Made by a program: the position numbers and the translations under genes | IMG/VR virus record: IMGVR_UViG_3300032323_003710 | Source of the DNA: an uncultured virus (IMG/VR IMGVR_UViG_3300032323_003710) | Taxonomy: Duplodnaviria > Heunggongvirae > Uroviricota > Caudoviricetes | DNA length: 64,000 nucleotides | Strand: one strand, 5' to 3' | Notes under the pieces: generated by a model | Database searches by the model: none | Seen by the model: only the letters and a program-made list of their open reading frames with translations | What the model was told of the DNA's origin: nothing | Shown: piece after piece, positions 9,240 to 18,224 of the stretch | Layout of the letters: the number at the start of each line of letters is the position of its first letter | Position numbering within the stretch: position 1 is the stretch's first letter

Positions 9240-9734
9240 ATGATTAAGACACAAGCAAAAAATTTAGTAAACTTCTCAATATTAATGCATAATTCCTTAG
9301 AAAATGGAATTATGGGTTATGATCCAAGTTATATAATGGAGAAATGGGATAAATACATTGGTGTAAAACCAAGTTCTGATATTACATTTAATAAAGAAGG
9401 TGTCATAGACCAATGGATTAAAAGATGGCATGTTAGTGATGAACAAGTAGATAATATGAAAAATATACTTGCATTTATTGTTAGAGTTAATCATAAACAT
9501 TTCTTTATAAGAGGATTAGAAGCTGATGAAAATGACCCAAGTAATCATATTAAACCTAATTCAGTTTGGTTTTTATCTGAGTTAGTTGAATTATTTGAAG
9601 ATGTAGTTGGACCTGCAGATGATATTAATACAGAGTTTTATAATCATTTACATCCAAATGTTGCAAAAGTAATTACAGAATGGGAAAACTCAACATTAGT
9701 TAGAAGAGATAACAATTTAACTTTACTATTATAA
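9240..9734 (+). CDS. Hypothetical protein with RD tag
   Basis: Ends VRRDNNLTLLL. Confidence 0.75.
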   Translation: MIKTQAKNLVNFSILMHNSLENGIMGYDPSYIMEKWDKYIGVKPSSDITFNKEGVIDQWIKRWHVSDEQVDNMKNILAFIVRVNHKHFFIRGLEADENDPSNHIKPNSVWFLSELVELFEDVVGPADDINTEFYNHLHPNVAKVITEWENSTLVRRDNNLTLLL

Positions 9735-9736
9735 AC

Positions 9737-9766
9737 AAAAAAACCACTTTAATGAGTGGTTTTTTT
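9737..9766. terminator. Bidirectional intrinsic terminator
   Basis: AAAAAAACCACT-ttaatg-AGTGGTTTTTTT. Confidence 0.8.
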
Positions 9767-9810
9767 ATTATATACCTAATTGTTATATTCAATCAATTTT
9801 AGATAATAAA

Positions 9811-10302
9811 TCAATTTACTCTGTCTTTTTCTCTAATACAAATAAAAGTGATTTCATCACTATAATTCTTTGGAAGGTGTGAACCTGGATTTCTTGCCTC
9901 ATCTTCTGTTTTCTTTTCAGAAATAACTACCTCTGGAAATTTAGATGTAAATTCTTCAATTAATTTATCAACACCTTGTCCAGTATATTTATTAAGTGAA
10001 ACTGCAATAAATGGACCATCCTTATGAAGTCTAGATTTAAAATTAACTCCAGGAAAACTATTAGCAATATATATTTGTATTCCATAATTATTTGTCTTCC
10101 AAAAATCACCTGCATCATCTTTTCCACCTATAGTATGCCACCTGTCAAAAGTGTCACTAGATCCCATTTCTTTTTTTAATTCAACTTCAATTTTTTTTTC
10201 TTTTAGAAAGGAATATAATTTATTTACAAAAGAATCTAACTCTAAAATGTCCTCATTTATCATAAAATTCTCAAACAACTTAACATATTTTAATTTTCTC
10301 AT
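9811..10302 (-). CDS. Hypothetical protein with N-terminal KYxKLFE tag
   Basis: MRKLKYVKLFENF; AATATATA at 10324-10331. Confidence 0.8.
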   Translation of the reverse strand: MRKLKYVKLFENFMINEDILELDSFVNKLYSFLKEKKIEVELKKEMGSSDTFDRWHTIGGKDDAGDFWKTNNYGIQIYIANSFPGVNFKSRLHKDGPFIAVSLNKYTGQGVDKLIEEFTSKFPEVVISEKKTEDEARNPGSHLPKNYSDEITFICIREKDRVN

Positions 10303-10358
10303 AGTTTTAATTTTTTTATATTCTATATATTAAAAAAAACAGTTTTTTTTCTATCATA

Positions 10359-10712
10359 TTATTCATAATCTTCTTCTATATCAAGTTCTTTTTGAACTAC
10401 ATATATTGCAAAATCTTTTAGATTTCCATTTCTACAATATGAATCAAATCTATCTTCATCAATATTAATTACAAAGAATTCTTCCATTTCAGTATATTTA
10501 GTAGTAATTTCATCTTTACTATCAATTATTTCATAGAACTCTTTTTGTAATTCTGGATCAGCAGGTAACATTTTATCAATCTTATCATATGCCATTACAT
10601 AACAGTCTTCTATATCAGTTTCATCCATTTCAACATTATCATCAAAATGTGGATGCCACCAATTATCTGGTTTGGATTCCTCAGACTCATTAAATCTTTT
10701 TAAGTATTTCAT
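10359..10712 (-). CDS. Acidic hypothetical protein with N-terminal MKYLKRFNE tag
   Basis: Start moved to MKYLKRFNESE (10712). Confidence 0.75.
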   Translation of the reverse strand: MKYLKRFNESEESKPDNWWHPHFDDNVEMDETDIEDCYVMAYDKIDKMLPADPELQKEFYEIIDSKDEITTKYTEMEEFFVINIDEDRFDSYCRNGNLKDFAIYVVQKELDIEEDYE

Positions 10713-10714
10713 AA

Positions 10715-10945
10715 TTAAATACAAGTTATTTTTACACTATTGGTTCCCCAAGTATCTCCCATTTCTGCTTCATCAAGAAACTCTGCAAGGGTTTGTTCTG
10801 TATTATCATCTTCTTCACTAAGATCCCAAGTTCTTTCAATATCACTTTTTCCTAGTCTTGCTTTAGCACCTCTACCAGATAAGTCTTTTACCATGAACTC
10901 TTTTTCTTGTGATTCAGATTCATTAAATCTTCTTAAATGTTTCAT
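10715..10945 (-). CDS. Small protein with N-terminal MKHLRRFNE tag
   Basis: MKHLRRFNESE; AATATATA at 10970-10977. Confidence 0.75.
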   Translation of the reverse strand: MKHLRRFNESESQEKEFMVKDLSGRGAKARLGKSDIERTWDLSEEDDNTEQTLAEFLDEAEMGDTWGTNSVKITCI

Positions 10946-11031
10946 AAATTAATTTTAATTTTATATCATTATATATTAAACTTTTAAAGCGGTTTTATAT
11001 AAATAAATATATATCCTAAAAACTTAATATC

Positions 11032-11742
11032 ATGAAAAACATTCTGTTACTACTTTTGTCTTTATTTATTGTGTCATGTTCTACTACATCTTATGTAAGA
11101 GAATATCCTGAAACAACAACCTACTTTTCTAATTTACCTGCAGTTAGTCCAACATTAACTATAGTTACCTATAACCCACCTTATTGGACTCAAAACTATT
11201 GGTATTCAAATAATATTTATACTAATCATTGGCCTTACACAAATAATGTTTATAGTAATGATTATTTTGGGTATTATGGAAATTATACACATTATTATTT
11301 ACCTAATTATTATCCATACTATACACCTTATCATTTAAACTGGTATAATAATCATTGTAATAATTGGAACAATTGGAACAATCACTATTATTATTCAAAT
11401 GGTCGTAGAAATTTTACAACAAGAACAAATAGCAATAGAAGTTTTACACCAAGAACAAATTATAGTACAGGACCACGACAAAATAATTTATCACCAAGAC
11501 CAGTATATTATAATAATACACCAAGACAAAATAATGGTGGTAGAACAACAACACCAAGAGAAAATACTAACTATAGTACACCAAGACCTACAAGTGGTGG
11601 TAGAACAACCACTACACCTACTAGAACAACAACACCAAGAGAAAATACTAACTATAGTACACCAAGACCTACAAGTGGTGGTAGAACAACCACCACTACA
11701 ACCACTACTAGAACAACAACATCTACAGGAGGTAGAAGATAA
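11032..11742 (+). CDS. Lipoprotein with Y/N/W-rich region and T/R/P-rich repeat tail
   Basis: Signal peptide MKNILLLLLSLFIVS-C (lipobox); low-complexity tail. Confidence 0.75.
   Translation: MKNILLLLLSLFIVSCSTTSYVREYPETTTYFSNLPAVSPTLTIVTYNPPYWTQNYWYSNNIYTNHWPYTNNVYSNDYFGYYGNYTHYYLPNYYPYYTPYHLNWYNNHCNNWNNWNNHYYYSNGRRNFTTRTNSNRSFTPRTNYSTGPRQNNLSPRPVYYNNTPRQNNGGRTTTPRENTNYSTPRPTSGGRTTTTPTRTTTPRENTNYSTPRPTSGGRTTTTTTTTRTTTSTGGRR
11541..11693 (+). repeat. 72-bp perfect direct repeat (period 81 bp) within lipoprotein
   Basis: 11541-11612 identical to 11622-11693 (RTTTPRENTNYSTPRPTSGGRTT). Confidence 0.9.
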
Positions 11743-11757
11743 AAAATAATATTAACT

Positions 11758-11955
11758 ATGATAAAAACAACTTACAATGAATACTTGGTTGATATTATTA
11801 ATCAGGTTTTAGAAACTTACAATGATAAGAAAAGAGAAAAAGTATTAAAGAATATGATAGTAGAAATAAATTCTACTGATGATGATGAAAGACTCAATCA
11901 TATTGCAGAAGAACTTGATTACTTAATCAATATAATAAAAATGTCCTCTAAATAG
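11758..11955 (+). CDS. Hypothetical protein
   Basis: Short ORF following lipoprotein, ends in terminator. Confidence 0.65.
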   Translation: MIKTTYNEYLVDIINQVLETYNDKKREKVLKNMIVEINSTDDDERLNHIAEELDYLINIIKMSSK

Positions 11956-11966
11956 AGGACATTTTT
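11938..11966. terminator. Bidirectional terminator hairpin
   Basis: ATGTCCTCTA-aa-TAGAGGACAT flanked by A/T tracts between convergent genes. Confidence 0.7.
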
Positions 11967-12270
11967 ATTCACTTTTGTCATTTTTCTGAGTTCCAAAGTA
12001 ATATGAGAAAATCATAAGAGTTAATGCCTTAATTAAATCAAATAATTGACTATTCATTTCACTACTAAGTAACTGAACCTTAAATGCAATTATCTTATCA
12101 ACTATAAATACCCCTACAAGTGCAGCAAACACCAATAAAATGAATCTAACTAATGCATCTTTAGTTTGTGCAACAAATAATTTATTTACATAAACTACTG
12201 ATCCAATTATAAAACCAAGTCCTGTAAAAACACCTAATAACATTACCCATAATTCATTACTTGAAAACAT
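11965..12270 (-). CDS. Small 3-TM membrane protein (holin-like)
   Basis: Three hydrophobic segments, C-terminal FSYYFGTQK then charged tail. Confidence 0.65.
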   Translation of the reverse strand: MFSSNELWVMLLGVFTGLGFIIGSVVYVNKLFVAQTKDALVRFILLVFAALVGVFIVDKIIAFKVQLLSSEMNSQLFDLIKALTLMIFSYYFGTQKNDKSE

Positions 12271-12272
12271 AC

Positions 12273-12383
12273 TTATTCTTTATCTTTTTTATTTTCTAAT
12301 GTTTTTAATATTCTTTCAATCTTTTTCTTTCTAAGATAAAATTTAGAAACATTAAAAATTCCTGGATAGTGTGGCAAAGGCAT
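12273..12383 (-). CDS. 36-aa peptide consisting largely of an RD-type tag
   Basis: Hand translation MPLPHYPGIFNVSKFYLRKKKIERILKTLENKKDKE; AATATATA at 12406-12413; abuts next gene. Confidence 0.5.
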   Translation of the reverse strand: MPLPHYPGIFNVSKFYLRKKKIERILKTLENKKDKE

Positions 12384-12401
12384 AACAAATACTTATTTTA
12401 T

Positions 12402-12430
12402 AAACTATATATTAAAAAACATATATAAAT
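12402..12430 (+). promoter_or_regulatory. Class B promoter candidate overlapping an opposite-strand AATATATA motif
   Basis: AAAC-N18-TATAAAT upstream of methylase. Confidence 0.5.
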
Positions 12431-12472
12431 AAATATGTAATTAGATATTACAATAATAAACAATGGTAAATA

Positions 12473-13423
12473 ATGAATGTTTTAAGCTTATTTGATGGAA
12501 TGAGTTGTGGTAGAATAGCTTTAGATAAAGCAAATATAAAATATGATAATTATTATGCATCTGAAATAGATAAACATGCAATTTCAGTAAGTATGAAAAA
12601 TCATCCTACAACTATTCAATTAGGTTCAGTATTAGATTTAGATATATCTAAATTAGATAAAATTGACTTACTTATAGGTGGATCACCTTGTACAAACTTT
12701 TCTGTTGCAGGTAAAGGAAATGGTATGATAACTACTGATAATCAAGAATTATTATCATTAGATGATTATTTAGAACTAAAACAAAAAGGATTTCAATTTA
12801 AGGGACAGTCTTATCTTTTCTGGGAATATGTTAGAATATTAAGAGAAACTAAACCAAAGTATTTTTTATTAGAAAATGTTAAAATGAAAAAGAAATGGGA
12901 AGATTTAATTTCAAAAGAACTTGGTGTTAAACCAGTTCTAATAAATTCCAATTTATTTTCGGCACAAAATCGTCAGAGATTATACTGGACTAATATAGAA
13001 TTAAATGATGAAATAGTAGATAAAGGAATAAAACTAAAAGATATTTTAGATCAAAATGTTGATAAAAGTTTATACTTATCTGATGATGAAATAACAAGAG
13101 TACAATTTAAGAAATCTAAGAAATCTGTACCCAGGGTAAAGAATGGTTTTGAATACTTCTTTAATGAAGGCTCAATTCAATTTCCAAATAGTATTGAGAA
13201 AAAATCACAATGTTTATTGGCTGCAGGTCAAGGTATATCAAGAACTACTACTTATGTAGATAATGGTAATGGTATTAGAAAATTATCACCTGTTGAATGT
13301 GAGAGATTACAAAATGTACCGGACAACTATACTGATAATGTAAGTAACTCACAAAGATATAAAATGTTAGGCAATGGCTGGACAGTTGATGTTATTGCTT
13401 ACATTTTTTCAAAAATGAAGTAA
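12473..13423 (+). CDS. dcm: DNA (cytosine-5)-methyltransferase
   Basis: LSLFDG (I), GGSPC (IV), LLENV (VI), QNRQRLYW (VIII), ERLQ, YKMLGNGW (X). Confidence 0.95.
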   Translation: MNVLSLFDGMSCGRIALDKANIKYDNYYASEIDKHAISVSMKNHPTTIQLGSVLDLDISKLDKIDLLIGGSPCTNFSVAGKGNGMITTDNQELLSLDDYLELKQKGFQFKGQSYLFWEYVRILRETKPKYFLLENVKMKKKWEDLISKELGVKPVLINSNLFSAQNRQRLYWTNIELNDEIVDKGIKLKDILDQNVDKSLYLSDDEITRVQFKKSKKSVPRVKNGFEYFFNEGSIQFPNSIEKKSQCLLAAGQGISRTTTYVDNGNGIRKLSPVECERLQNVPDNYTDNVSNSQRYKMLGNGWTVDVIAYIFSKMK

Positions 13424-13429
13424 AATGGT

Positions 13430-13759
13430 ATGTATAAAGTAGTTTGTATAAGGACAGTATTCTTTGATAGTCCTTATGATAAAAAATCAACTAAATGGAA
13501 TAGAAATAAAATATATCATTTTAAACCAGTAGATTCTAAAAGTATGGAATCTTTACAACTTATTGGATATATGGAAACTGATATGATTATTGATAAACCA
13601 CATCATGGTCTAAAAGCAGGTGAAACTTACTATTCACCTGTAACTGAGAAAGAATATAAAAAGTATTTTACAACTATTGAAGATTTTAGAGATAGAAAGA
13701 TAGCACACATATTAAATAATAAAGAAAATGACAACAAGGATGATTTTATCAGATACTGA
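13430..13759 (+). CDS. Hypothetical protein with RD tag
   Basis: YKVVCIR...KKYFTTIEDFRDRKIAHILN. Confidence 0.75.
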   Translation: MYKVVCIRTVFFDSPYDKKSTKWNRNKIYHFKPVDSKSMESLQLIGYMETDMIIDKPHHGLKAGETYYSPVTEKEYKKYFTTIEDFRDRKIAHILNNKENDNKDDFIRY

Positions 13760-14504
13760 TATAATAAATTTCAGTAATCAACTGAATGATAGTAGGTTTT
13801 TTATTAGACCAGAATATACTAATTTCAGTTCATATCCAGTAATAGGTTATTACATAAACTCAATGCATCAAGATGTTAGAAATCTTGGTCAAGGAAACTA
13901 TGGTAATGACTCAAGAATACATGGTAGAATCCATGAACCTGAGGTAGAATATGAACTTACATTTTCAGTATGTGAAAAAAGAGCAGATGAATTCTTTGAC
14001 ATCTTTAAGAATATAACTAAAAATGGTATTGAGAACTTTGTTTACCATTCAACTACAGAACATAGACCAATTAAATTTACAGAAGATATAATTTATTCAA
14101 AAAATGAATTAATACATTCTTTTATGAATAGAAATTATAAAAAAATACAATATAACTTTAGAGGAAAAGTTTCTTCTATTCTGGCTTATGTACAAGCTAT
14201 AAAAGATACTATAGAATACTTTGGTATGATATGGGGTTATACAGAAGAAGGAGAAGAATTATGTTTACTTAAATATCCTATTGGTAGTATTGTGTCTCCT
14301 AAAAATGATAAATCAAAAGATGTGCTAGTAGTTGATTATAAATATAATAAATCAACCAATAGTAAATTCACTATAGAGTATGAAGTTTATGAAATACTTA
14401 GTAATGAAAAGTCATCTACATTACAATATGGTAAAAAAGATATATTCTCAGAAATTGAATTAAGTCTTAGTAGAACAGCACAGGTTAATAGTATTTTAAA
14501 CTAA
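13728..14504 (+). CDS. Hypothetical protein; C-terminal SH3-like segment and degenerate RD tag
   Basis: KYPIGSIVSPK...ELSLSRTAQVNSILN. Confidence 0.75.
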   Translation: MTTRMILSDTDIINFSNQLNDSRFFIRPEYTNFSSYPVIGYYINSMHQDVRNLGQGNYGNDSRIHGRIHEPEVEYELTFSVCEKRADEFFDIFKNITKNGIENFVYHSTTEHRPIKFTEDIIYSKNELIHSFMNRNYKKIQYNFRGKVSSILAYVQAIKDTIEYFGMIWGYTEEGEELCLLKYPIGSIVSPKNDKSKDVLVVDYKYNKSTNSKFTIEYEVYEILSNEKSSTLQYGKKDIFSEIELSLSRTAQVNSILN

Positions 14505-14505
14505 A

Positions 14506-15012
14506 ATGTCAAAAGATTTTACAAATATTACAAAAAATGTTGTTGATTTAAGAGATATGTATTATCTTTGGATAAAATATCAACAATATAACTACTATTC
14601 ATTAGGTAATGAATATTATAAGTATAAAGAATACAGAGGTGAAATGCCAAAAAAGAATTTTTACCTTATGTTTGAAATTAAATTAACTGAAATCAATATA
14701 AAAATGGCTGGATCATACAATGGACAAAGCAAGGCAGAGTTTGTCAAAAACTTTAAGAGAGTTAAAGACATCATTACTAAAAGTGATGGTGACCAAGACA
14801 AAGCAATTAGATTAGCAAGAACTCAAGCAAATCTAATTAAAGATGAAATGAAGGCACTTAACAGAGCCAATGCAGCACAACAAATGGAACGTGTTGAAGA
14901 TGAACCAATCTATGAAAGTATCTTTGAAGTCTTTTTTCAAAGAGCATATGAATTAGGTTCAGTAACTAAACAAGACTACAGAAACTATAAACTAGAAAAA
15001 TTAGGTATATAA
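14506..15012 (+). CDS. Hypothetical protein with RD tag (start may be internal MAGSYN at 14703)
   Basis: Ends DYRNYKLEKLGI. Confidence 0.7.
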   Translation: MSKDFTNITKNVVDLRDMYYLWIKYQQYNYYSLGNEYYKYKEYRGEMPKKNFYLMFEIKLTEINIKMAGSYNGQSKAEFVKNFKRVKDIITKSDGDQDKAIRLARTQANLIKDEMKALNRANAAQQMERVEDEPIYESIFEVFFQRAYELGSVTKQDYRNYKLEKLGI

Positions 15013-15068
15013 AAAAATTTATACCTAATTTAATGTTTACTAATAGATAAATAATAAACCCAATAAAT

Positions 15069-15470
15069 ATGTTTGATAAAGAAGAAAAAGAGACCCCTAA
15101 ATTGATTGTATCTGATGAATTTCTGAAAATTTATAGAAATTTTAATGTATATGACCAAACTGAACAGATTAATAAACTCTCTGATAGAGAACGTTATCTG
15201 TTACTTATATTATGTGTAGATAAGCATGATGATGAAAACCCTATTGTACTATACAACTTTAAACCTTTTAAAGAAGAGATTAAAGAAATCTATGAAGTAC
15301 AAGACAACAAAGAAACAACTAATCAAGTACTTTTAGATTTGATTAAAGAAACTGATCATAAACATGTTGAAAGTGATTATATCAGAGATAAAGATGGTAA
15401 TAAAGTACCAGATCCATTTGATAAAAATGAAGTAAGAGATAAAAAAATTGATATTATTAATAATATCTAA
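15069..15470 (+). CDS. Hypothetical protein with RD tag
   Basis: Ends EVRDKKIDIINNI. Confidence 0.8.
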   Translation: MFDKEEKETPKLIVSDEFLKIYRNFNVYDQTEQINKLSDRERYLLLILCVDKHDDENPIVLYNFKPFKEEIKEIYEVQDNKETTNQVLLDLIKETDHKHVESDYIRDKDGNKVPDPFDKNEVRDKKIDIINNI

Positions 15471-15508
15471 AAATAATATTGTATATTTGTAAACTAAAAT
15501 AAAAACTT

Positions 15509-17344
15509 ATGAGTGAAGATAAAAAAGGAATGATGAATTCTATTCAAGAAATGGCAAAGAACTTAGGACTTGGTAAAGTTTCCTTTGGTGATGATGGTAT
15601 TTCTATTGGTGAAAAAGAAGAAGCTACTGAGGTAGAAACAGAAGTAAAAGAAGTAAACCTTGGTGAGTTCAAACCAAAAAGAAAATTCATTAGCTTTATC
15701 TCTGGAGTTAATGGTGCAAGAGTTCGTTTTAACAGAGATTCTGCCTTTGTTAAAGGTGAGAAATTATCTGGTATGTTAGAAGGTGTAATTTTCAAAATTA
15801 CTATCTGTGATGAAGGAACTATTAATTTTGAAGAAGTTGAAGGTACAACTTTATCAGATGCTGCAATGAGACAAAGATTACTTGATGATATTGATTCTAT
15901 GGATGTTACAGGATATACTCAAAAGTATGTTGTGGCCAATCTTGAGTTTACTGATATGGATGGTAACAGATGTTACTTAGAAGTTGATGAAGCTAAACCA
16001 ATTGATAAATTAAGAATGTTATTTGGTTCTGATGAAGAAGAAACCAAAACTACAGAACCTGTAGAAATATCTGCTAAAGGATTAAGTATTCTTGACCAAT
16101 TGTTTGGTGGAAGTGATGATACTGATGAAACAGAAGTTGAAGAAACTATTGAAGAAGAAGTTGTTGATACACCTGTAGTTGAGGTTGAAGAAGAAGATTA
16201 TATGGCTAAACAATTCAGACTTATGAATGAAGCCAAAGTTAATGAGTTAAAAGAAAGAATTGATAACTCACATAAAGACATCAAAAAATATAATATGGAC
16301 ATCAAAAATGCCGAGACTAACTTGAAAAAGGTTACAGATGGTCTTGGTGTATTAGAAAGTCGTTTAGAGTCTTTAACACCATTTGATGATGCAAATGGAT
16401 ATGTTTTCTTTGTATCAGAAGAAAAGAAAAACATTGAAGGTCTTAATGAAGATGAATTAAAAATCACAAATAGAATTGCTGATTTGATGAACCTTAAAAA
16501 AGATGTTTTAGTAAAACATTTGACAGAAGGTTTCTACACAATCAAAATTGCTAAGAAAGATGATTTTGAAGATAGAACTATTGATAGAGAAATCTACAAA
16601 ACAATTATTGAATTAGATGTAATGGGTAAAACTTCTGTTACTGATACAAATGAGTTTGAATATAGAGGTTCATTAAATTGGCACCAACTAGTTCAAAAGA
16701 TGTTGAGAAAAGGTTTTGAACAAGAACCTGAGTTTGATAAATTAGCTGGCTCTAACTCTTATGAGTCTAAGGAAGAAATTGCTAATGAAATTGGTGTTAT
16801 GGGTGTAATGCCAACACCAAGTACAAATACAAGCTCCAACACTTCTAATGAAGAAGAGCCAACTGAATCTAATGAAGTTAGGACTTTTGATAAACCAACT
16901 AATTTAGTAATTGTTGGTACAGGTGATGCTGGTTCTGATATAGAAATCACAGATGATTACAGTAGTTATGATGTTTATATTGGTGGTAAACTTCAAAAGT
17001 TTTCTACTGAATGTGATGGCTTTGTTAAAATTATGGAAGTTGATGAATATAAACAATGGTTGGCTAAAGTTGATGAAATACCTAATGCTTTGGAGTTTGC
17101 ATTTGATGGAATTGATTGTTTATTTGTACCAAACTTCAAAGGAACCATTGGTGCTGTTGTAAAAACAGAAGAAGGTGACTTTAGTACAGACTTTGATTTA
17201 AGTGATTATATTTGTCACCAATTTGAGGATTATGTTGAAGTAGGATTAGTATTTCCAGAGGGAACTACTATACTTCAAATGAAAGATGGTAAAATTCCAT
17301 TGGATGTAGTAAGAGATATTAAAATTGATACAATCTTAAACTAA
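15509..17344 (+). CDS. Large acidic multidomain protein with coiled coil and RD tag
   Basis: 611 aa; TATATTTG promoter box at 15482-15489; ends VVRDIKIDTILN. Confidence 0.85.
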   Translation: MSEDKKGMMNSIQEMAKNLGLGKVSFGDDGISIGEKEEATEVETEVKEVNLGEFKPKRKFISFISGVNGARVRFNRDSAFVKGEKLSGMLEGVIFKITICDEGTINFEEVEGTTLSDAAMRQRLLDDIDSMDVTGYTQKYVVANLEFTDMDGNRCYLEVDEAKPIDKLRMLFGSDEEETKTTEPVEISAKGLSILDQLFGGSDDTDETEVEETIEEEVVDTPVVEVEEEDYMAKQFRLMNEAKVNELKERIDNSHKDIKKYNMDIKNAETNLKKVTDGLGVLESRLESLTPFDDANGYVFFVSEEKKNIEGLNEDELKITNRIADLMNLKKDVLVKHLTEGFYTIKIAKKDDFEDRTIDREIYKTIIELDVMGKTSVTDTNEFEYRGSLNWHQLVQKMLRKGFEQEPEFDKLAGSNSYESKEEIANEIGVMGVMPTPSTNTSSNTSNEEEPTESNEVRTFDKPTNLVIVGTGDAGSDIEITDDYSSYDVYIGGKLQKFSTECDGFVKIMEVDEYKQWLAKVDEIPNALEFAFDGIDCLFVPNFKGTIGAVVKTEEGDFSTDFDLSDYICHQFEDYVEVGLVFPEGTTILQMKDGKIPLDVVRDIKIDTILN

Positions 17345-17733
17345 TGAGAAAATTTTTTGAATATGATGTTGATTTATCCACACTTAAAGTAATTAAAGAT
17401 GTGGATAGACAATTTGATAAGTTCTTTTATAAAGGACAACCTGAGTTTTTAATTCCAGACTTCTCAAATTGTAAAGAAGATATTTGGGACTCTTACTTAG
17501 AGTATCTTGAGAAAGATTTAGGTAGAGAAATATGGGACCAAGATGGAGGTGAGATTATTGATTATCAATTAATTGATGAAGAGACTGGCTTAACTAAAGT
17601 AAGTTATACTTCTTATGGTATAATGGTAGATGAAGATTCTGAATGTGTAGATCATGATATTGATATAGAGGGTTATGTAATCCAAGATGGTAAAGAAACA
17701 TACTTCTTAACAACAAAAGTAGAGATTGATTAA
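17344..17733 (+). CDS. Acidic hypothetical protein
   Basis: TAATG-coupled ORF. Confidence 0.75.
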   Translation: MRKFFEYDVDLSTLKVIKDVDRQFDKFFYKGQPEFLIPDFSNCKEDIWDSYLEYLEKDLGREIWDQDGGEIIDYQLIDEETGLTKVSYTSYGIMVDEDSECVDHDIDIEGYVIQDGKETYFLTTKVEID

Positions 17734-17744
17734 AATAAATAAAA

Positions 17745-18089
17745 ATGAGAAAATTAATTTTAGGAGCTCTACTACTATTGAGCACATTAAGTTTTGGGCA
17801 AAACTACAAAATTAATCGAATGACTATAGATAATTTTAGTTTTAATATTAAAGGTAGTTTAAAAATAACAAAAGACACTATTACAATAGTTCTTAAAAAT
17901 GAAACTATTAAAATACCAGTAACTACAATGGATATGGTATATTTTAAACCAAGTCAACAAAATGAGAACAATGATGTTAGAATGAAACTAACATCTATAA
18001 ATAATAGTCATTTTTTCACATATGAAAATATAGACACATTTACAAAAAAACTAACTACTATTTTATATATGATTAAAAAAGAAGATTAA
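17745..18089 (+). CDS. Secreted hypothetical protein
   Basis: Signal peptide MRKLILGALLLLSTLSFG-Q (Gln after cleavage, typical of Bacteroidota). Confidence 0.75.
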   Translation: MRKLILGALLLLSTLSFGQNYKINRMTIDNFSFNIKGSLKITKDTITIVLKNETIKIPVTTMDMVYFKPSQQNENNDVRMKLTSINNSHFFTYENIDTFTKKLTTILYMIKKED

Positions 18090-18185
18090 AAAACTTTAAA
18101 AAAAGTTTGGTGGTTTAAAAATATATTAAAATTAGATTTTTATAAAATAATTTGATATTTTCTTTCTTATTAAACTTTTTATATA

Positions 18186-18193
18186 TATCTTTG
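18186..18193 (+). promoter_or_regulatory. Bacteroidota-type -7 box
   Basis: TATCTTTG followed by TAGAA, as at 30781. Confidence 0.55.
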
Positions 18194-18224
18194 TAGAATA
18201 AATAATAAAACTAATTAAATAGAT

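Noticed and set aside
11541..11693. Direct repeats as a CRISPR array
   Set aside because: Only two in-frame copies inside a coding sequence; no repeat-spacer periodicity. The PD-(D/E)XK nuclease at 41558 is a stand-alone phage exonuclease with no cas neighbours.
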